64,000 bases of DNA from an uncultured delta proteobacterium (GTDB taxonomy: Bacteria > Desulfobacterota > Desulfobacteria > Desulfobacterales > Desulfatirhabdiaceae): contig CAWBKP010000002.1 of NCBI GenBank assembly GCA_963789395.1, forward strand, positions 1-64,000, given 5' to 3'. Positions 33,242-45,876 of this stretch are shown one piece after another. Under the pieces are notes generated by a model. It was not told where the DNA came from. It made no database searches and worked only from the letters and a program-made list of their open reading frames with translations. Every line of letters starts with the position of its first letter. Positions within the stretch are counted from its first letter, which is position 1. The position numbers and the translations under genes were made by a program.

Positions 33242-34435
33242 ATGGCGAAGGAAAAGTTTGATCGGTCGAAACCGCATGTGAATGTGGGAACGATAGGACA
33301 TATTGATCACGGGAAGACGACGCTGACAGCGGCGATAACCAAGCATAACGGGTTGAAGGGGATGGCCAAATATGTTCCGTTTGACCAGATTGACAAGGCG
33401 CCCGAGGAAAAAGAGCGTGGGATCACGATAGCGACCGCGCATGTGGAGTACGAGACCAAGAATCGCCATTACGCGCATGTGGACTGTCCGGGCCATGCTG
33501 ACTATATCAAGAACATGATTACGGGTGCGGCCCAGATGGATGGTGCGATCCTGGTAGTGGCAGCAGACGATGGTCCGATGCCGCAGACCCGTGAGCACAT
33601 ATTGCTGGCCCGTCAGGTCGGGGTGCCGACCATGGTGGTTTTTTTGAACAAATGCGACATGGTGGATGATCCGGAATTGATCGAGCTGGTGGAGCTTGAG
33701 CTTCGCGAGCTGCTGAGCAAGTATGATTTTCCGGGGGATGATACGCCGATCATTCGCGGCAGTGCCTTAAAGGCGCTTGAGAGCGATGATCCGGACAGCG
33801 AAGATGCCAAGTGCATATTTGAATTGATGGCGGCAATCGACTCCTACATACCGGAGCCCAAGCGGGACATAGACAAGCCGTTTCTGATGCCGGTGGAAGA
33901 TGTATTCAGCATTTCAGGTCGCGGCACCGTAGTAACGGGCCGGGTGGACCGCGGGATCGTGAAAGTTGGCGAGGCTGTTGAGATCGTCGGGATTCGGGCC
34001 ACGCAAAAGACCGTATGCACGGGAGTAGAGATGTTCAGAAAGCTTCTGGACGAGGGCCGTGCGGGAGACAACATCGGGGTACTGCTTCGGGGAACCAAGC
34101 GTGAGGAAGTGGAGCGCGGGCAGGTTGTGGCGCATCCGGGAACGATTACGCCGCACACCAAGTTCAAGGCTGAGGTGTATATCCTGAGCAAGGAAGAAGG
34201 CGGCAGGCACACGCCGTTTTTCAATGGATACCGGCCGCAGTTTTATTTTCGGACAACGGATGTGACAGGGGTACTGTCGCTGCCGGAGGGCATCGAGATG
34301 GTGATGCCCGGAGACAATGTGGCGATATCGGCAGAGCTGATCACGCCGATTGCCATGGAAAAAGAGCTTCGCTTTGCGATTCGTGAAGGCGGCCGAACCG
34401 TGGGCGCGGGTGTCGTCAGCGAAATTCTGGGATAA
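33242..34435 (+). CDS. tuf: Elongation factor Tu (copy 2)
   Basis: Protein identical to 18288-19481. Confidence 0.99.
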   Translation: MAKEKFDRSKPHVNVGTIGHIDHGKTTLTAAITKHNGLKGMAKYVPFDQIDKAPEEKERGITIATAHVEYETKNRHYAHVDCPGHADYIKNMITGAAQMDGAILVVAADDGPMPQTREHILLARQVGVPTMVVFLNKCDMVDDPELIELVELELRELLSKYDFPGDDTPIIRGSALKALESDDPDSEDAKCIFELMAAIDSYIPEPKRDIDKPFLMPVEDVFSISGRGTVVTGRVDRGIVKVGEAVEIVGIRATQKTVCTGVEMFRKLLDEGRAGDNIGVLLRGTKREEVERGQVVAHPGTITPHTKFKAEVYILSKEEGGRHTPFFNGYRPQFYFRTTDVTGVLSLPEGIEMVMPGDNVAISAELITPIAMEKELRFAIREGGRTVGAGVVSEILG

Positions 34436-34454
34436 GAAGAGAGAGACGAAAACC

Positions 34455-34766
34455 ATGATTATGAACAGTAAAATTCGAATCAGACTTAAGGCGTACGACC
34501 ATAAACTCTTGGATCAATCGGCGTCGGATATTGTGGATACGGCCAATAAAACAGGGGCAAAAGTCATAGGTCCGATTCCGCTGCCGACCGTGATCAATAA
34601 AGTATGTGTACTACGCTCTCCGCACGTTGACAAAAAGTCCCGTGAGCAATTTGAAATGCGGACACATAAACGACTGGTTGATATTCTGGAGCCAACGCAA
34701 CAGACGGTTGATGCGCTGATGAAGCTGGACCTTTCTCCAGGCGTCGATGTTGAAATTAAACTGTAG
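34455..34766 (+). CDS. rpsJ: 30S ribosomal protein S10
   Basis: [24 protein letters not shown]. Confidence 0.99.
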   Translation: MIMNSKIRIRLKAYDHKLLDQSASDIVDTANKTGAKVIGPIPLPTVINKVCVLRSPHVDKKSREQFEMRTHKRLVDILEPTQQTVDALMKLDLSPGVDVEIKL

Positions 34767-34781
34767 GAGAAGAAAAACGCG

Positions 34782-35426
34782 ATGTGCAAAGGATTGATAG
34801 GAAAAAAACTGGGGATGACAGGCGTTTTCTCTCCAGAAGGACGACACATACCGGTAACGGTTCTTCAAGTAGGGCCTTGCGTTGTGACACAGATAAAAAC
34901 TGTGGCAACAGATGGATACAATTCACTGCAGCTGGCCTTTGGTTCGAAAAAGAAATCGCATGTGAACAAGCCGATGCAGGGGCATTTTGGCAAATCCGGC
35001 AGTGAAGTTTTTGCCCATGTAAAGGAGTTTCCAGTGGACAATCCGGCTGAATATTCGCTGGGCCAGACGATTCCCTTAGATATGTTTGTCATCGGGGATT
35101 TGGTGGATGTGTCCGGCGTCAGCATCGGCAGGGGTTTTTCCGGCGTGATCCGCCGTCACGGGTTTGGCGGCGGTAGAAATACGCATGGAAGCCATTGCAA
35201 AAGGATTCCCGGCTCCATTGGATGCAGTGCCTGGCCGTCACGGGTTGTCAAAGGGAAGAAACTTCCCGGTCAGTTCGGCAATGTTCGAAAAACCGTAAAA
35301 AACCTAATGATCGTGGACATTCGGCCGGAAGAGCAGCTCATTCTGTTAAAAGGAGCAATTCCGGGAGCCGAGTCCGGTATTGTTACCATAAATAAAACGA
35401 AAACCATCCAGAAGGCCGGTGCATAA
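34782..35426 (+). CDS. rplC: 50S ribosomal protein L3
   Basis: [19 protein letters not shown]. Confidence 0.98.
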   Translation: MCKGLIGKKLGMTGVFSPEGRHIPVTVLQVGPCVVTQIKTVATDGYNSLQLAFGSKKKSHVNKPMQGHFGKSGSEVFAHVKEFPVDNPAEYSLGQTIPLDMFVIGDLVDVSGVSIGRGFSGVIRRHGFGGGRNTHGSHCKRIPGSIGCSAWPSRVVKGKKLPGQFGNVRKTVKNLMIVDIRPEEQLILLKGAIPGAESGIVTINKTKTIQKAGA

Positions 35427-35485
35427 ACGAAGCATTTAAGATTCGATGGTGAGGGGTATACGGGCCAACGAATGCGAGGGGATAT

Positions 35486-36109
35486 ATGGCTGTAGTAGAT
35501 GTATTCAATTGTAAAGCAGAAAAGGTTTCACAGGTGGAACTGGTGGCGGACATTTATAATGTCGAGGTGAAGGCCTGTGTTCTGCACGAAGTTGTAACCA
35601 TGCAGTTAGCCAATCGGCGTGCAGGCACCGCATCTGTGAAAACCCGATCAGATGTGCAGGGCAGCACCAGAAAACTTTTTAAACAAAAAGGGACCGGTCG
35701 TGCCCGTAGAGGGGACATCAAAAGCCCGCTGCTGCGTGGAGGCGGTTCAATTTTTGGACCCCACCCCAGATCCTATGCCTATAAAGTGCCCAAGAAAGTC
35801 AGGCGGCTTGCCTTGAAAATGGCCTTAAGCGCTAAGGCGCAGAGCCAATCGCTTCTGGTGCTGGACAATTTTGATCTGGAACAAATCAAAACCCAGCAGG
35901 TCGTCCAGATTCTGGATGCTCTGAAAGTTAAAAAGGCGCTGATCGTCGCGGACACGGGAGATGACAGGCTGAAATTATCCTGCAGAAATCTTCCGCATGT
36001 CAAGGTACTGAAACCGGAAGGTCTCAATGTCTACGATGTCATGCATTACAACCACCTGCTGCTGGTTGAGCCCTCAATTAAAGCCATTGAAGGGAGATTG
36101 CTGAAATGA
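35486..36109 (+). CDS. rplD: 50S ribosomal protein L4
   Basis: [16 protein letters not shown]. Confidence 0.98.
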   Translation: MAVVDVFNCKAEKVSQVELVADIYNVEVKACVLHEVVTMQLANRRAGTASVKTRSDVQGSTRKLFKQKGTGRARRGDIKSPLLRGGGSIFGPHPRSYAYKVPKKVRRLALKMALSAKAQSQSLLVLDNFDLEQIKTQQVVQILDALKVKKALIVADTGDDRLKLSCRNLPHVKVLKPEGLNVYDVMHYNHLLLVEPSIKAIEGRLLK

Positions 36110-36393
36110 ATTATCATGCCATTATCAAACGACCGGTAATCAGCGAAAAATCAACCCTGCAAAAAGAAGTTGCCAATCAGATTTCTTTTGAGGTGGATCG
36201 AAAAGCCAATCGGATCGAGATTAAAAAGGCCATTCAAAGCCTTTTCAGTGTGCAGGTGGACGGTGTCCGGACGCTGCAAATCAAAGGCAAATTTAAACGA
36301 CGCGGCCGAATAATCGGAAAACGTAGAGACTGGAAAAAAGCAATCGTTACGCTGAAACCAGGTGAACGTATTGAATTCTTTGAAGGGATATAA
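36106..36393 (+). CDS. rplW: 50S ribosomal protein L23
   Basis: [15 protein letters not shown]. Confidence 0.98.
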   Translation: MNYHAIIKRPVISEKSTLQKEVANQISFEVDRKANRIEIKKAIQSLFSVQVDGVRTLQIKGKFKRRGRIIGKRRDWKKAIVTLKPGERIEFFEGI

Positions 36394-36408
36394 ACCGGGG
36401 AAAAAACC

Positions 36409-37233
36409 ATGGCTGTTAAGAAGGTAAAACCAACATCACCAGGACGCAGATTTCAAGTGTATTCTACATTTGAAGAAATCACGCGATCAACGCCAGAAAA
36501 AAGCCTTTTAAAAGTTTCGAAAAAAAAGGGCGGGCGAAATTCCTATGGCCGAATCACCAGTCGGCATATCGGCGGAGGCCATAAACAGCATTACCGGATT
36601 ATCGATTTTAAACGGGATAAAACCGGTGTGCCGGCTAAGGTTGCCAGTATTGAATATGATCCGAACCGATCATCCAGAATCGCGCTGCTGCACTATGTAG
36701 ATGGCGAAAAAAGATATATTCTGGCTCCGGTGAATCTCTCGGTTGGCGATATGGTCATGTCTGGTCCGACAGCAGATATAAAACCCGGCAATAATCTACC
36801 GCTGAGCAATATTCCGCTGGGTACCCAGATTCATAATATCGAGCTCAAAAAGGGAAAAGGCGGACAGATTGTTCGGTCCGCCGGTACTTTTGCGCAGTTG
36901 ATGGCCAAAGAAGATCGCTATGCACTTGTAAAGCTTCCCTCAGGCGAAGTTCGCATGGTGCTTCTGACCTGCCAGGCAACGATCGGACAAGTCGGAAATG
37001 TCATACATGAAAAATTGTCTCTGGGAAAAGCCGGGCGCAAGCGCTGGCTGGGAAAACGTCCCAAGGTCAGAGGCGTTGCCATGAACCCCGTTGACCACCC
37101 GATGGGCGGCGGTGAAGGCAGGTCTTCCGGCGGAAGGCATCCTTGCTCTCCGTGGGGTACGCCGTCAAAGGGGTACAAGACCCGGAAGAACAAACAGACA
37201 ACGAAATTCATTGTAAAAAAACGGGTGAAATAA
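36409..37233 (+). CDS. rplB: 50S ribosomal protein L2
   Basis: [24 protein letters not shown]. Confidence 0.99.
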   Translation: MAVKKVKPTSPGRRFQVYSTFEEITRSTPEKSLLKVSKKKGGRNSYGRITSRHIGGGHKQHYRIIDFKRDKTGVPAKVASIEYDPNRSSRIALLHYVDGEKRYILAPVNLSVGDMVMSGPTADIKPGNNLPLSNIPLGTQIHNIELKKGKGGQIVRSAGTFAQLMAKEDRYALVKLPSGEVRMVLLTCQATIGQVGNVIHEKLSLGKAGRKRWLGKRPKVRGVAMNPVDHPMGGGEGRSSGGRHPCSPWGTPSKGYKTRKNKQTTKFIVKKRVK

Positions 37234-37294
37234 ACCAGCAGCAATTTGTTGGGTTGCGGATTAAACCAAAAACCGACAAAACTCAGGAGAAGTT

Positions 37295-37576
37295 ATGCCA
37301 CGGTCGCTAAAAAAAGGTCCATACATCGATTCATATTTATTGAAAAAAGTTGTGATTGCACAGGAAACTCGCAGCAATCGTGTTGTGAAAACCTGGTCAC
37401 GTCGCTCTACTGTAGTTCCTGAAATGGTGGGCATTACAATGGCTGTTCACAATGGCAAGAAATTCGTACCCGTATTTGTTTCTGAGGATATGGTGGGCCA
37501 CAAGCTTGGAGAATTTTCACCGACAAGGACTTTTTACGGCCATACCGGAGACAAAAAAACCAAAGTCAAGAAGTAA
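37295..37576 (+). CDS. rpsS: 30S ribosomal protein S19
   Basis: [18 protein letters not shown]. Confidence 0.99.
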   Translation: MPRSLKKGPYIDSYLLKKVVIAQETRSNRVVKTWSRRSTVVPEMVGITMAVHNGKKFVPVFVSEDMVGHKLGEFSPTRTFYGHTGDKKTKVKK

Positions 37577-37591
37577 TATTGGAGCAAAGAA

Positions 37592-37939
37592 ATGGCTGAG
37601 TTAGATGTGAAAGCTGTGTGTCGATTTGCACGAATATCTCCCCGAAAGGTTAGAATTCTCGTCGATACAGTGAAAGGCAAGCCGGTTGAAAAAGGCCTGA
37701 ATATTCTGAAGTTTATGCCGCAGAAAGCTGCCGGGATCGTGGAGAAAATCGTCCGCTCCGCTGTGGCCAATGCCGAACAGCGTGCAGGCGTTGATGTGGA
37801 TGCGCTGATTATCAAGAATATCACCGCCGATCAAGGCCCCTCTCTGAAACGATTCAGCGCCAGAGCCAGAGGGCGTGGAACCCAGATCATCAAAAGAACC
37901 TCACATATCACGGTAACGTTAGTAGAAAAATCGCTCTAA
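37592..37939 (+). CDS. rplV: 50S ribosomal protein L22
   Basis: [19 protein letters not shown]. Confidence 0.98.
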   Translation: MAELDVKAVCRFARISPRKVRILVDTVKGKPVEKGLNILKFMPQKAAGIVEKIVRSAVANAEQRAGVDVDALIIKNITADQGPSLKRFSARARGRGTQIIKRTSHITVTLVEKSL

Positions 37940-37954
37940 AAAGGAGGATATCGC

Positions 37955-38602
37955 TTGGGCCAGAAAGTAAATCCAGTTGGGTTGAGATTGGGAATTGTCA
38001 AAACCTGGGAGTCTCGTTGGTTTGCCACTAAAAAATATTCGGATTATATTCTTGAAGATTTTAATATCCGAAAATACCTGAAAAAAAAGCTGGGTCATGC
38101 AGGTGTTTCCAAGATTGAAATTGAAAGATCATCCAAGCGCGTGAGACTCCGCATATTCACATCCCGGCCCGGAATCATCATTGGGAAAAAAGGCGCAGAG
38201 ATCGTTCAGCTCAAGCAGGATATCGAAAAAATGATTTCCCAGGATGCGATGATTGATATTCAGGAAATCAGAAAACCGGAATTGGACGCCCAACTGGTAG
38301 CGGAAAATATTGCCCTTCAAATCGTACGGCGGGTGGCTTTCAGGCGCGCGATGAAAAGAGGGATTCAGTCGGCAATGCGATTCGGCGCCCAAGGCGTTAA
38401 AGTAATTTGCTCAGGCAGACTTGGCGGCGCGGAAATAGCCAGAACAGAGCTGTACCGTGAAGGAAGGGTTCCGCTGCATACCCTTAGAGCCGATATTGAT
38501 TATGGTTTTTCAGAGGCAAATACGACCTACGGAATTGTCGGTATAAAGGTTTTTATTTTTAAGGGCGAAATATTGAAAAAAGATGCGGTTGAAGTCAGCT
38601 AG
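37955..38602 (+). CDS. rpsC: 30S ribosomal protein S3
   Basis: [26 protein letters not shown]. Confidence 0.99.
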   Translation: MGQKVNPVGLRLGIVKTWESRWFATKKYSDYILEDFNIRKYLKKKLGHAGVSKIEIERSSKRVRLRIFTSRPGIIIGKKGAEIVQLKQDIEKMISQDAMIDIQEIRKPELDAQLVAENIALQIVRRVAFRRAMKRGIQSAMRFGAQGVKVICSGRLGGAEIARTELYREGRVPLHTLRADIDYGFSEANTTYGIVGIKVFIFKGEILKKDAVEVS

Positions 38603-38624
38603 TAACGGATAGGAGATACAGGGC

Positions 38625-39041
38625 ATGTTGAGTCCCAAAAAAGTAAAATTTCGAAAACAACAGCGTGGGCGGATGCGAGGGTTATCAAAACGTGGCGCCA
38701 CGTTAAATTACGGGGATTTCGGGTTGCAGGCGGTTGAATGCGGTGCGATCAGTTCAAAACAGATTGAGGCCGCCAGAATTGCAATGACACGCCACGTAAA
38801 ACGCGGCGGCAAGCTATGGATTCGGATTTTTCCGGATAAGCCGTTCACGAAAAAACCTGCCGAAGTCCGGATGGGAAAAGGAAAAGGGGCGCCGGAAGGC
38901 TGGGTTGCCGTCATTCGGCCTGGAAGAATCCTCTACGAAATGGAAGGTGTATCCAAAGAGCTTGCAGTAGAAGCGCTTCGCCTGGCATCCCACAAGCTTC
39001 CTATAAAAACACGGTTTATCGAGAGGAGCGAGGTGCAATGA
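38625..39041 (+). CDS. rplP: 50S ribosomal protein L16
   Basis: [15 protein letters not shown]. Confidence 0.99.
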   Translation: MLSPKKVKFRKQQRGRMRGLSKRGATLNYGDFGLQAVECGAISSKQIEAARIAMTRHVKRGGKLWIRIFPDKPFTKKPAEVRMGKGKGAPEGWVAVIRPGRILYEMEGVSKELAVEALRLASHKLPIKTRFIERSEVQ

Positions 39042-39229
39042 AGGCCAGTGAAATCAGAAAGATGACTCCTGAGGAAATGCAAGAGAAAGTCGCCAGCTTG
39101 CGGCAGGAATTGTTCAATATGCGTTTTCAGCATAAAATCGGGCAGCTTGAAAATCCCAAGAAATTAATGTTTATTAAACGGGACATTGCTCGAGTGATGA
39201 CCATCATGAACGAACCCAGGACGTCATAA
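39038..39229 (+). CDS. rpmC: 50S ribosomal protein L29
   Basis: [14 protein letters not shown]; operon position. Confidence 0.97.
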   Translation: MKASEIRKMTPEEMQEKVASLRQELFNMRFQHKIGQLENPKKLMFIKRDIARVMTIMNEPRTS

Positions 39230-39266
39230 GACAGCTAACTTAGGAACTCAAAAGAGAACATCAGAC

Positions 39267-39524
39267 ATGAAAACTCGCGGAATGAGAAGGCAGGTGGTTG
39301 GAAAAGTCATCAGCAACAAAATGGATAAATCCATTATTGTCCAGGTAGAAAGGCTCGTAAAGCACAAAGTGTATCATAAATATGTAAAACGCCGTGCGAA
39401 ATTTGCTGCCCATGACGAGACCAATGCCTGTAGTATTGGGGATAAGGTATTAATTACTGAGTCCAGACCCATCAGTAAAACCAAAAGATGGCGCGTCAGT
39501 GAAATCGTCGAAAAAGCCATTTGA
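39267..39524 (+). CDS. rpsQ: 30S ribosomal protein S17
   Basis: SNKMDKS, RPISKTKRW. Confidence 0.98.
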   Translation: MKTRGMRRQVVGKVISNKMDKSIIVQVERLVKHKVYHKYVKRRAKFAAHDETNACSIGDKVLITESRPISKTKRWRVSEIVEKAI

Positions 39525-39545
39525 TGATAAAGGAAGGCAAAGAAG

Positions 39546-39914
39546 ATGATTCAGACAGAGACCCAATTAACAGTGGCAGATAATTCCGGAGCCAAGACTG
39601 TCTACTGTTTAAAAGTACTCGGCGGCTCCAAAAGACGGTACGCCAGTATCGGCGATATTATCGTCGTATCTGTTAAGGAAGCCATCCCCAACGCAAAAGT
39701 AAAAAAAGGGGACGTACTAAAGGCTGTTGTCGTTCGTACAAAAAAGGAAATCAGAAGAGCGGATGGCTCGTTTATCAGATTCGATGATAATTCTGCCGTA
39801 CTGATTAATGCCAACCAGGAACCGATCGGAACCCGTATTTTTGGCCCGGTGGCCAGAGAGCTTCGATTGAAACGGTTTATGAAAATTATTTCACTGGCGC
39901 CGGAAGTCCTTTAG
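39546..39914 (+). CDS. rplN: 50S ribosomal protein L14
   Basis: [20 protein letters not shown]. Confidence 0.99.
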   Translation: MIQTETQLTVADNSGAKTVYCLKVLGGSKRRYASIGDIIVVSVKEAIPNAKVKKGDVLKAVVVRTKKEIRRADGSFIRFDDNSAVLINANQEPIGTRIFGPVARELRLKRFMKIISLAPEVL

Positions 39915-39963
39915 AAATTTAGCAACCTGATGGATTCTATACTGTCAGTTGGAGAAGCGGCTC

Positions 39964-40293
39964 ATGATAAAAAATATATGTCATTTGAAAAAAGATGATA
40001 AAGTGAAAGTGATTACCGGTAAGGATTCTGGTAAGGTCAGCAAGATATTGAAAGTGAATCATAAAAAATGTCGCGTTTTGATTGAAAGCGTTAATCTCGT
40101 CAAACGGCACACCAAACAGAGCGCTAAAAACAGACAGGGCGGCATCGTTGAAAGTGAAGCGCCGATCCACTGGTCCAACGTGCTGCTGATGTGCAATAAG
40201 TGTATGACGCCGGTTCGGTTGAAAATCAAAAGCCTTGACGATGGCAAAAAAATTCGGGTGTGTCGAAAGTGCAACGAATTCATAGATAAATAG
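39964..40293 (+). CDS. rplX: 50S ribosomal protein L24
   Basis: [22 protein letters not shown]. Confidence 0.97.
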   Translation: MIKNICHLKKDDKVKVITGKDSGKVSKILKVNHKKCRVLIESVNLVKRHTKQSAKNRQGGIVESEAPIHWSNVLLMCNKCMTPVRLKIKSLDDGKKIRVCRKCNEFIDK

Positions 40294-40315
40294 GATCGTT
40301 TGCCGGAGGAATATC

Positions 40316-40855
40316 ATGTCTCAATTGAAAGAATATTACGGAACGGAAGTTGTCCCGAAGCTGGTTGACACCTTCCAGTATAAAAACAGGATGGAAATTC
40401 CCAAACTGGAGAAAATCGTCCTGAATATGGGGTTGGGTGATGCCATCCACAACATCAAAATATTGGATGCGGCTGTTGAGGAGATGAAGGCGATTTCCGG
40501 TCAGAAGCCGGTTATTACCCGTTCGAAAAAATCCATTGCCGCTTTCAAGCTTAGAGAAGGCATGCCCATCGGGTGCATGGTGACGTTGCGGCAGGACCGA
40601 ATGTACGATTTCTTTTATAAACTGGTAAATGTTGCGCTGGCGCGTGTCCGGGATTTTAAAGGCATTTCCGGAAAAGCCTTTGATGGCAGGGGTAATTATA
40701 CCCTGGGTATAAAAGAAAACACCATTTTCCCCGAACTGAGCTATGACACGATCGATGTGATCAAGGGGCTGAATGTTACGGTTGTCACCACCGCAAAAAC
40801 AGATAAAGAAGGCAAAGAACTTTTAAAGCTTTTAGGCATGCCGTTTCGAAATTAA
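40316..40855 (+). CDS. rplE: 50S ribosomal protein L5
   Basis: [19 protein letters not shown]. Confidence 0.99.
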   Translation: MSQLKEYYGTEVVPKLVDTFQYKNRMEIPKLEKIVLNMGLGDAIHNIKILDAAVEEMKAISGQKPVITRSKKSIAAFKLREGMPIGCMVTLRQDRMYDFFYKLVNVALARVRDFKGISGKAFDGRGNYTLGIKENTIFPELSYDTIDVIKGLNVTVVTTAKTDKEGKELLKLLGMPFRN

Positions 40856-40910
40856 AAGAAGGCGCCTGGAAATAGGCTTACTGGAAAGTAGTTAACAAGG
40901 GGAGGATGAA

Positions 40911-41096
40911 TTGGCAAAAAAATCGCTGATGAATAAAGCATTGAGAGCCCCTAAGTTCGGGGTCAGAGCGTATAACCGGTGTCCAATGTGTGGAAGGCCC
41001 AGAGGGTATATTCGAAAGGCCGGGATCTGCCGGATTTGTTTTCGGAATTTAGCCTCTCAAGGCTCTCTTCCCGGCATAACCAAGTCGAGCTGGTAA
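40911..41096 (+). CDS. rpsN: 30S ribosomal protein S14, short Zn-binding type
   Basis: RCPMCGRP...CRICFR; 61 aa. Confidence 0.98.
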   Translation: MAKKSLMNKALRAPKFGVRAYNRCPMCGRPRGYIRKAGICRICFRNLASQGSLPGITKSSW

Positions 41097-41146
41097 CAGT
41101 TCAGGGTTTATGAAAATATTATTTAAATACGGTATGGGAGAAAGCA

Positions 41147-41545
41147 ATGGCGATTAGCGACCCAATTGCAGATATGATTACAAGGATTCGAAACGCTGGA
41201 AAGGCAAAATTCACCAGTGTGGATATTCCGGGTTCGAAGCTGAAAATCGAACTGGCCAAGGTTTTGAAAAACGAGGGATATATTCGGAACTATAAATTCG
41301 TTAAAGATGAAAAGCAGGGGATATTGAGAGTTTACTTGAAATATGCCCAGGGGAATGTCAATGCGATTTATGGGCTGCAGCGTGTGAGTAAACCCAGCAG
41401 GCGGGTATATACCAAAGGCAAGGATATCAAGCCTGTTCTGAATGGACTGGGCATTTCCATTCTTTCGACTTCAAAGGGAATATTAACCGACCGACAAGCC
41501 AGAAGCGAAAATATCGGCGGGGAAATTCTCTGCAACATATGGTAG
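41147..41545 (+). CDS. rpsH: 30S ribosomal protein S8
   Basis: DPIADMITRIRNA, SKPSRRVY. Confidence 0.99.
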   Translation: MAISDPIADMITRIRNAGKAKFTSVDIPGSKLKIELAKVLKNEGYIRNYKFVKDEKQGILRVYLKYAQGNVNAIYGLQRVSKPSRRVYTKGKDIKPVLNGLGISILSTSKGILTDRQARSENIGGEILCNIW

Positions 41546-41560
41546 GAAGAGGAGTGAGAC

Positions 41561-42100
41561 ATGTCCAGAATAGGTAAAAAACCGATCATGCTTCCCGATA
41601 AAGTCAAACTGAGCCTTGCGGATAATCAGATTACGGTCCAGGGCGAAAAGGGAAAATTGTCCCGTAGTCTGCATCCATCTGTTGAACTGCGGATTGAGGG
41701 CGGCATGGTTACGGTAATTAAAAAAGCGGAAGATAAAAAAACAGATGCGTTCCAAGGATTGATGCGAAATCTGATCGCCAATATGGTGACCGGCGTGCAT
41801 GCCGGATTTCAGCGTAATCTGGAAGTCAACGGTATCGGATACCGGGCTTCCGTGAGCGGCAATGTACTGGCGCTGAGTCTTGGGTATTCTCATCCAATCA
41901 ATTATGATCTGCCAGATGGGGTGAGCGCCACGGTCGATAAGAGCAACGTGATAACACTTGCATGTATCGATAAGGAACTTCTTGGCCAAACCGCTGCAAA
42001 GATCAGACAACTCCGATCTCCAGAGCCTTACAAAGGCAAGGGGATTAAATACGCGGAAGAGCATATTCAACGAAAAGCTGGAAAGACAGGGACTAAATAG
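41561..42100 (+). CDS. rplF: 50S ribosomal protein L6
   Basis: MSRIGKKP, PEPYKGKGIKY. Confidence 0.99.
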   Translation: MSRIGKKPIMLPDKVKLSLADNQITVQGEKGKLSRSLHPSVELRIEGGMVTVIKKAEDKKTDAFQGLMRNLIANMVTGVHAGFQRNLEVNGIGYRASVSGNVLALSLGYSHPINYDLPDGVSATVDKSNVITLACIDKELLGQTAAKIRQLRSPEPYKGKGIKYAEEHIQRKAGKTGTK

Positions 42101-42169
42101 CAAGTGAATGAGAGTGCTGTTTCTTGAACGACCTGCTGAACAATGTAATCTGATAAAGGAATAAACAGG

Positions 42170-42538
42170 ATGAGTTCAGTTGATGAAAAAAAACAAGCCC
42201 GCTTGAAACGAAAGCAGCGGATTCGAAAAAAACTTTCCGGTACCCCTGAGCGTCCGAGGCTCTGCGTTTTTCGCAGTGCAAAACATATCTACGCCCAAAT
42301 CATTGATGATTCGCGCGGTCAAACGATTGCGGCCATTTCAACGCATGATCCGGCGGTAAAAGATCAAGGCAAGTTTGACAATAAAGTCGCAAAAGCGGTT
42401 TTTATCGGAAAACTGCTGGGTGAAAAAGCCATTACTATGGGAATAAAAAAAGTCGTCTTTGATCGCAACGGGTTTTTGTATCATGGTCGGGTCAAAGCCC
42501 TCAGCGATGGTGCCCGCGAAGCCGGTCTGGATTTCTGA
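42170..42538 (+). CDS. rplR: 50S ribosomal protein L18
   Basis: RPRLCVFRS, FDRNGFLYHGRV. Confidence 0.99.
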   Translation: MSSVDEKKQARLKRKQRIRKKLSGTPERPRLCVFRSAKHIYAQIIDDSRGQTIAAISTHDPAVKDQGKFDNKVAKAVFIGKLLGEKAITMGIKKVVFDRNGFLYHGRVKALSDGAREAGLDF

Positions 42539-42555
42539 TCTAAGGAGGAATACAC

Positions 42556-43053
42556 TTGTTCAAACAAGATAGTGTCGATAATCAACTGATTGACAAGGTC
42601 GTTCACATCAACCGGGTTGCAAAGGTTGTAAAAGGCGGACGCAGGTTCAGCTTCAGCGCAATTGTGGTCGTGGGTGACGGGAATGGCAGCGTCGGATTCG
42701 GCCTGGGAAAAGCGGGTGAAGTTCCCGAGGCGATTCGAAAAGGCGTTGAGCAGGCCAAGAAGAACATGTGCAGTGTTCCTTTGATCGAAGGCACCATACC
42801 GTATGAAACCATCGGAAGATTCGGTGCAGGCAGGGTATTTTTAAAACCCGCCGCCGAAGGTACCGGGTTGATTGCCGGCGGTGCGGTTCGTGCGGTACTG
42901 GAAGCTGTCGGGGTTCAGAATATACTGACCAAGTGTATGGGATCAAATAATCCCCACAACGTTGTCAAGGCAACGATTGAAGGCCTCAGAAAACTCCAGA
43001 GCCGAGAACAGGTGGCTGCAAGACGGGGTAAACGTGTAGAAGAACTTTATTGA
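42556..43053 (+). CDS. rpsE: 30S ribosomal protein S5
   Basis: [14 protein letters not shown]. Confidence 0.99.
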   Translation: MFKQDSVDNQLIDKVVHINRVAKVVKGGRRFSFSAIVVVGDGNGSVGFGLGKAGEVPEAIRKGVEQAKKNMCSVPLIEGTIPYETIGRFGAGRVFLKPAAEGTGLIAGGAVRAVLEAVGVQNILTKCMGSNNPHNVVKATIEGLRKLQSREQVAARRGKRVEELY

Positions 43054-43067
43054 AGGGGAAAAATACG

Positions 43068-43250
43068 ATGTCCGGTATCCTTATGGTTAAAATGATTAAA
43101 AGTATGATTGGCAGGCCAGAAAAACACAGAAAAGTGCTGAGAAGTCTGGGACTGACAAAACTGAACCAGGCAAAAGAACATGCGGATACCCCTTCAATCC
43201 GGGGAATGATCAATACCGTGTCGCACCTGGTAAAAGCCGAGGAGAAGTAG
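43068..43250 (+). CDS. rpmD: 50S ribosomal protein L30
   Basis: KSMIGRP, LGL, DTPSIRGMI. Confidence 0.97.
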   Translation: MSGILMVKMIKSMIGRPEKHRKVLRSLGLTKLNQAKEHADTPSIRGMINTVSHLVKAEEK

Positions 43251-43694
43251 ATGAGATTAAGTGAATTGTCACCGGCGATTGGAGCCAGAAAAAATCGGAA
43301 AAGATTGGGAAGAGGCACGGGCTCTGGCACGGGTAAAACCTCCGGAAAAGGTGCCAAGGGGCAGAAAGCCCGATCCGGCGGCGGTGTCAGGCCCGGGTTT
43401 GAAGGCGGGCAGATGCCGATTCATCGTAGACTGCCGAAACGCGGATTTACCAATATATTTAAAAAAATCTATGCAATTGTTAATTTGCACGAACTTGCCG
43501 CCTTTGAGGCCGGTGCAGTTGTGGACGAGGCCAGTTTGGTTGAGCGTGGTATCGTAAAGGGCAAATACGACGCCATCAAAATCCTGGCAAACGGCGAAAT
43601 CACCACCGCGATTACCCTTAAAATCGGTCATATCAGCAGTGGCGCAAAGGCAAAAATTGAGGCTGCTGGCGGAACCGTTGAGGTAACAGTATGA
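43251..43694 (+). CDS. rplO: 50S ribosomal protein L15
   Basis: [18 protein letters not shown]. Confidence 0.99.
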   Translation: MRLSELSPAIGARKNRKRLGRGTGSGTGKTSGKGAKGQKARSGGGVRPGFEGGQMPIHRRLPKRGFTNIFKKIYAIVNLHELAAFEAGAVVDEASLVERGIVKGKYDAIKILANGEITTAITLKIGHISSGAKAKIEAAGGTVEVTV

Positions 43695-45007
43695 TTGGTG
43701 GCGGGTTTCAGAATCTTTTTAAAATTCCCGAGCTGAAAAAACGTGTACTGTTTACCCTGGGGTTGCTGATTGTCTACCGGATCGGGGTTCATGTTCCGGT
43801 TCCCGGAATTGATGCCGTGGCACTGGCCAGTTTTTTTGCCAAAGCTAAGGGCACGATACTGGGTCTTTTCGACATGTTCTCCGGGGGCGCACTGGAGCGC
43901 TTGTCCGTGTTTGCTTTGGGAATCATGCCGTATATCAGCGCATCCATTATATTGCAGCTGTTGACTGTTGTCGTGCCCCATCTGGAGCGCTTGTCCAAGG
44001 AAGGTGAGCAGGGGCGAAAAAAAATCACGCAGTATACCCGTTATGGTACGGTTGTGCTCAGCATTATTCAGGGATTCGGGATCAGCGTTGGTTTGGAGAG
44101 CATGATGGCTCCCGGCGGTGCGCCGGTCGTTCTTGTTCCCGGCTGGGGGTTTCGCCTGCTGACCATGATCACGCTGACTTCCGGAACCGCTTTTATCATG
44201 TGGCTGGGAGAGCAGATCACGGAAAGGGGAATCGGAAACGGTATTTCGCTGATTATTTTCTCCGGAATCATCGTTCGCATGCCCAATGCGATCTCCAATA
44301 CCTTTCGTCTCCTGTCCACCGGCGAACTCAGTATATTTCCCGTGCTGATATTGGTTATACTGATGGTCGGTGTGGTTGGATTTATCGTCTTTATTGAACA
44401 GGGGCAGCGACGTATTCCGGTACAATATGCCAAACGGGTGATCGGCAGAAAGCTTTACGGGGGCCAAAGCACCCACCTGCCGCTTAAAATTAATACCTCG
44501 GGGGTTATTCCGCCCATATTTGCCTCATCCATCATCATGTTTCCGGCAACACTGGCCAGTTTTATCCATGTGGACTGGGTTCAGCGTGTGGCTGCGGCAA
44601 TAAAACCCGGGAACTTCTCTTATGAACTGCTTTTTGTCGGCTTTATATTTTTCTTCTGTTACTTTTATACGGCGGTTACATTTAATCCTGTTGATGTTGC
44701 AGAGAACATGAAAAAGAACGGCGGATTCATCCCCGGCATACGGCCGGGGAAAAAAACCGCCGATTACATCGACCGGGTGCTGACCCGCTTGACATTGGGC
44801 GGTGCTTCCTATGTGGCTGCCGTATGCGTTCTTCCTTCAATTCTCATTTCAAATTTTAATGTTCCATTTTATTTCGGCGGCACTGCGTTGATGATTGTGG
44901 TCGGTGTGGCCATTGATACCATGTCGCAGATGGAGTCTCACATGCTGACGCGTCATTATGAAGGATTCCTGAAAAAAGGCGGCGGGCGATTAAAAGGAAG
45001 AAGTTAA
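43691..45007 (+). CDS. secY: Preprotein translocase subunit SecY
   Basis: [35 protein letters not shown]. Confidence 0.99.
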   Translation: MIGGGFQNLFKIPELKKRVLFTLGLLIVYRIGVHVPVPGIDAVALASFFAKAKGTILGLFDMFSGGALERLSVFALGIMPYISASIILQLLTVVVPHLERLSKEGEQGRKKITQYTRYGTVVLSIIQGFGISVGLESMMAPGGAPVVLVPGWGFRLLTMITLTSGTAFIMWLGEQITERGIGNGISLIIFSGIIVRMPNAISNTFRLLSTGELSIFPVLILVILMVGVVGFIVFIEQGQRRIPVQYAKRVIGRKLYGGQSTHLPLKINTSGVIPPIFASSIIMFPATLASFIHVDWVQRVAAAIKPGNFSYELLFVGFIFFFCYFYTAVTFNPVDVAENMKKNGGFIPGIRPGKKTADYIDRVLTRLTLGGASYVAAVCVLPSILISNFNVPFYFGGTALMIVVGVAIDTMSQMESHMLTRHYEGFLKKGGGRLKGRS

Positions 45008-45034
45008 TTATCAGCGTTAGCGGAGTGAATGAGT

Positions 45035-45253
45035 ATGCCTAAGGAAGAAGCGATCAAAGTTGAAGGAAAGGTGCTTGAAACCCTTCCGAATGCCATGTTT
45101 AAAGTTGAGTTGGAGAATAAGCACCAGATACTCGCTCATATTTCCGGAAAAATGCGAATGCATTTTATCAAGATTTTGCCAGGAGATAAAGTGACGGTCG
45201 AACTTTCTCCCTATGACCTTACACGGGGCAGAATCACTTACCGATCCAAATAA
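45035..45253 (+). CDS. infA: Translation initiation factor IF-1
   Basis: [22 protein letters not shown]. Confidence 0.99.
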   Translation: MPKEEAIKVEGKVLETLPNAMFKVELENKHQILAHISGKMRMHFIKILPGDKVTVELSPYDLTRGRITYRSK

Positions 45254-45338
45254 ATTATTATTCCCGTGGCACTGGATTTTATTGTGATTATATGCTATAT
45301 TTGATGGGATAAGCCTCAGGGAACAGGAGCGTAATGTA

Positions 45339-45452
45339 ATGAAAGTAAGGGCATCGATCAAAAAAATATGCAGTAAGTGTAAAATAATCCGTCGTAAACA
45401 GGTATTGCGCGTCATTTGTGAAAATAAGCGACACAAACAAAGGCAGGGATAG
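45339..45452 (+). CDS. rpmJ: 50S ribosomal protein L36
   Basis: Manual translation [37 protein letters not shown]. Confidence 0.98.
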   Translation: MKVRASIKKICSKCKIIRRKQVLRVICENKRHKQRQG

Positions 45453-45466
45453 AGGAGGATTAAGCT

Positions 45467-45847
45467 TTGGCGAGAATTGCTGGTGTAGATTTACCGAAGC
45501 GTAAACGGATTGAAGTTGGGCTGACCTATATCTATGGAATTGGGCCGACCACATCAAAAAGCATCCTGAACAGACTGAACATCAATCCGGACACAAAAGT
45601 AGATCAGCTTTCAGATGTAGATGTCAACAATATCCGAAAAATAATTGACAGCGATTTAAAAGTTGAGGGTGAACTCCGTTCCCAAATATCCATGAGTATT
45701 AAAAGATTGATGGATTTAGGATGCTATCGCGGGCTTCGCCATCGAAAATCGCTTCCGGTACGGGGTCAACGGACAAAGACCAATGCACGGACCCGTAAAG
45801 GACCTAAACGGGCTGCCGTCAAAAAGAAGGTTGCAGCTAAAAAATAG
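45467..45847 (+). CDS. rpsM: 30S ribosomal protein S13
   Basis: [20 protein letters not shown]. Confidence 0.99.
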   Translation: MARIAGVDLPKRKRIEVGLTYIYGIGPTTSKSILNRLNINPDTKVDQLSDVDVNNIRKIIDSDLKVEGELRSQISMSIKRLMDLGCYRGLRHRKSLPVRGQRTKTNARTRKGPKRAAVKKKVAAKK

Positions 45848-45876
45848 GGAACCATAGGAGACAGGGGCTTTAATCA

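Noticed and set aside
45008..45034. adk and map missing between secY and infA
   Set aside because: A real observation, but this segment varies commonly among bacteria; low novelty.
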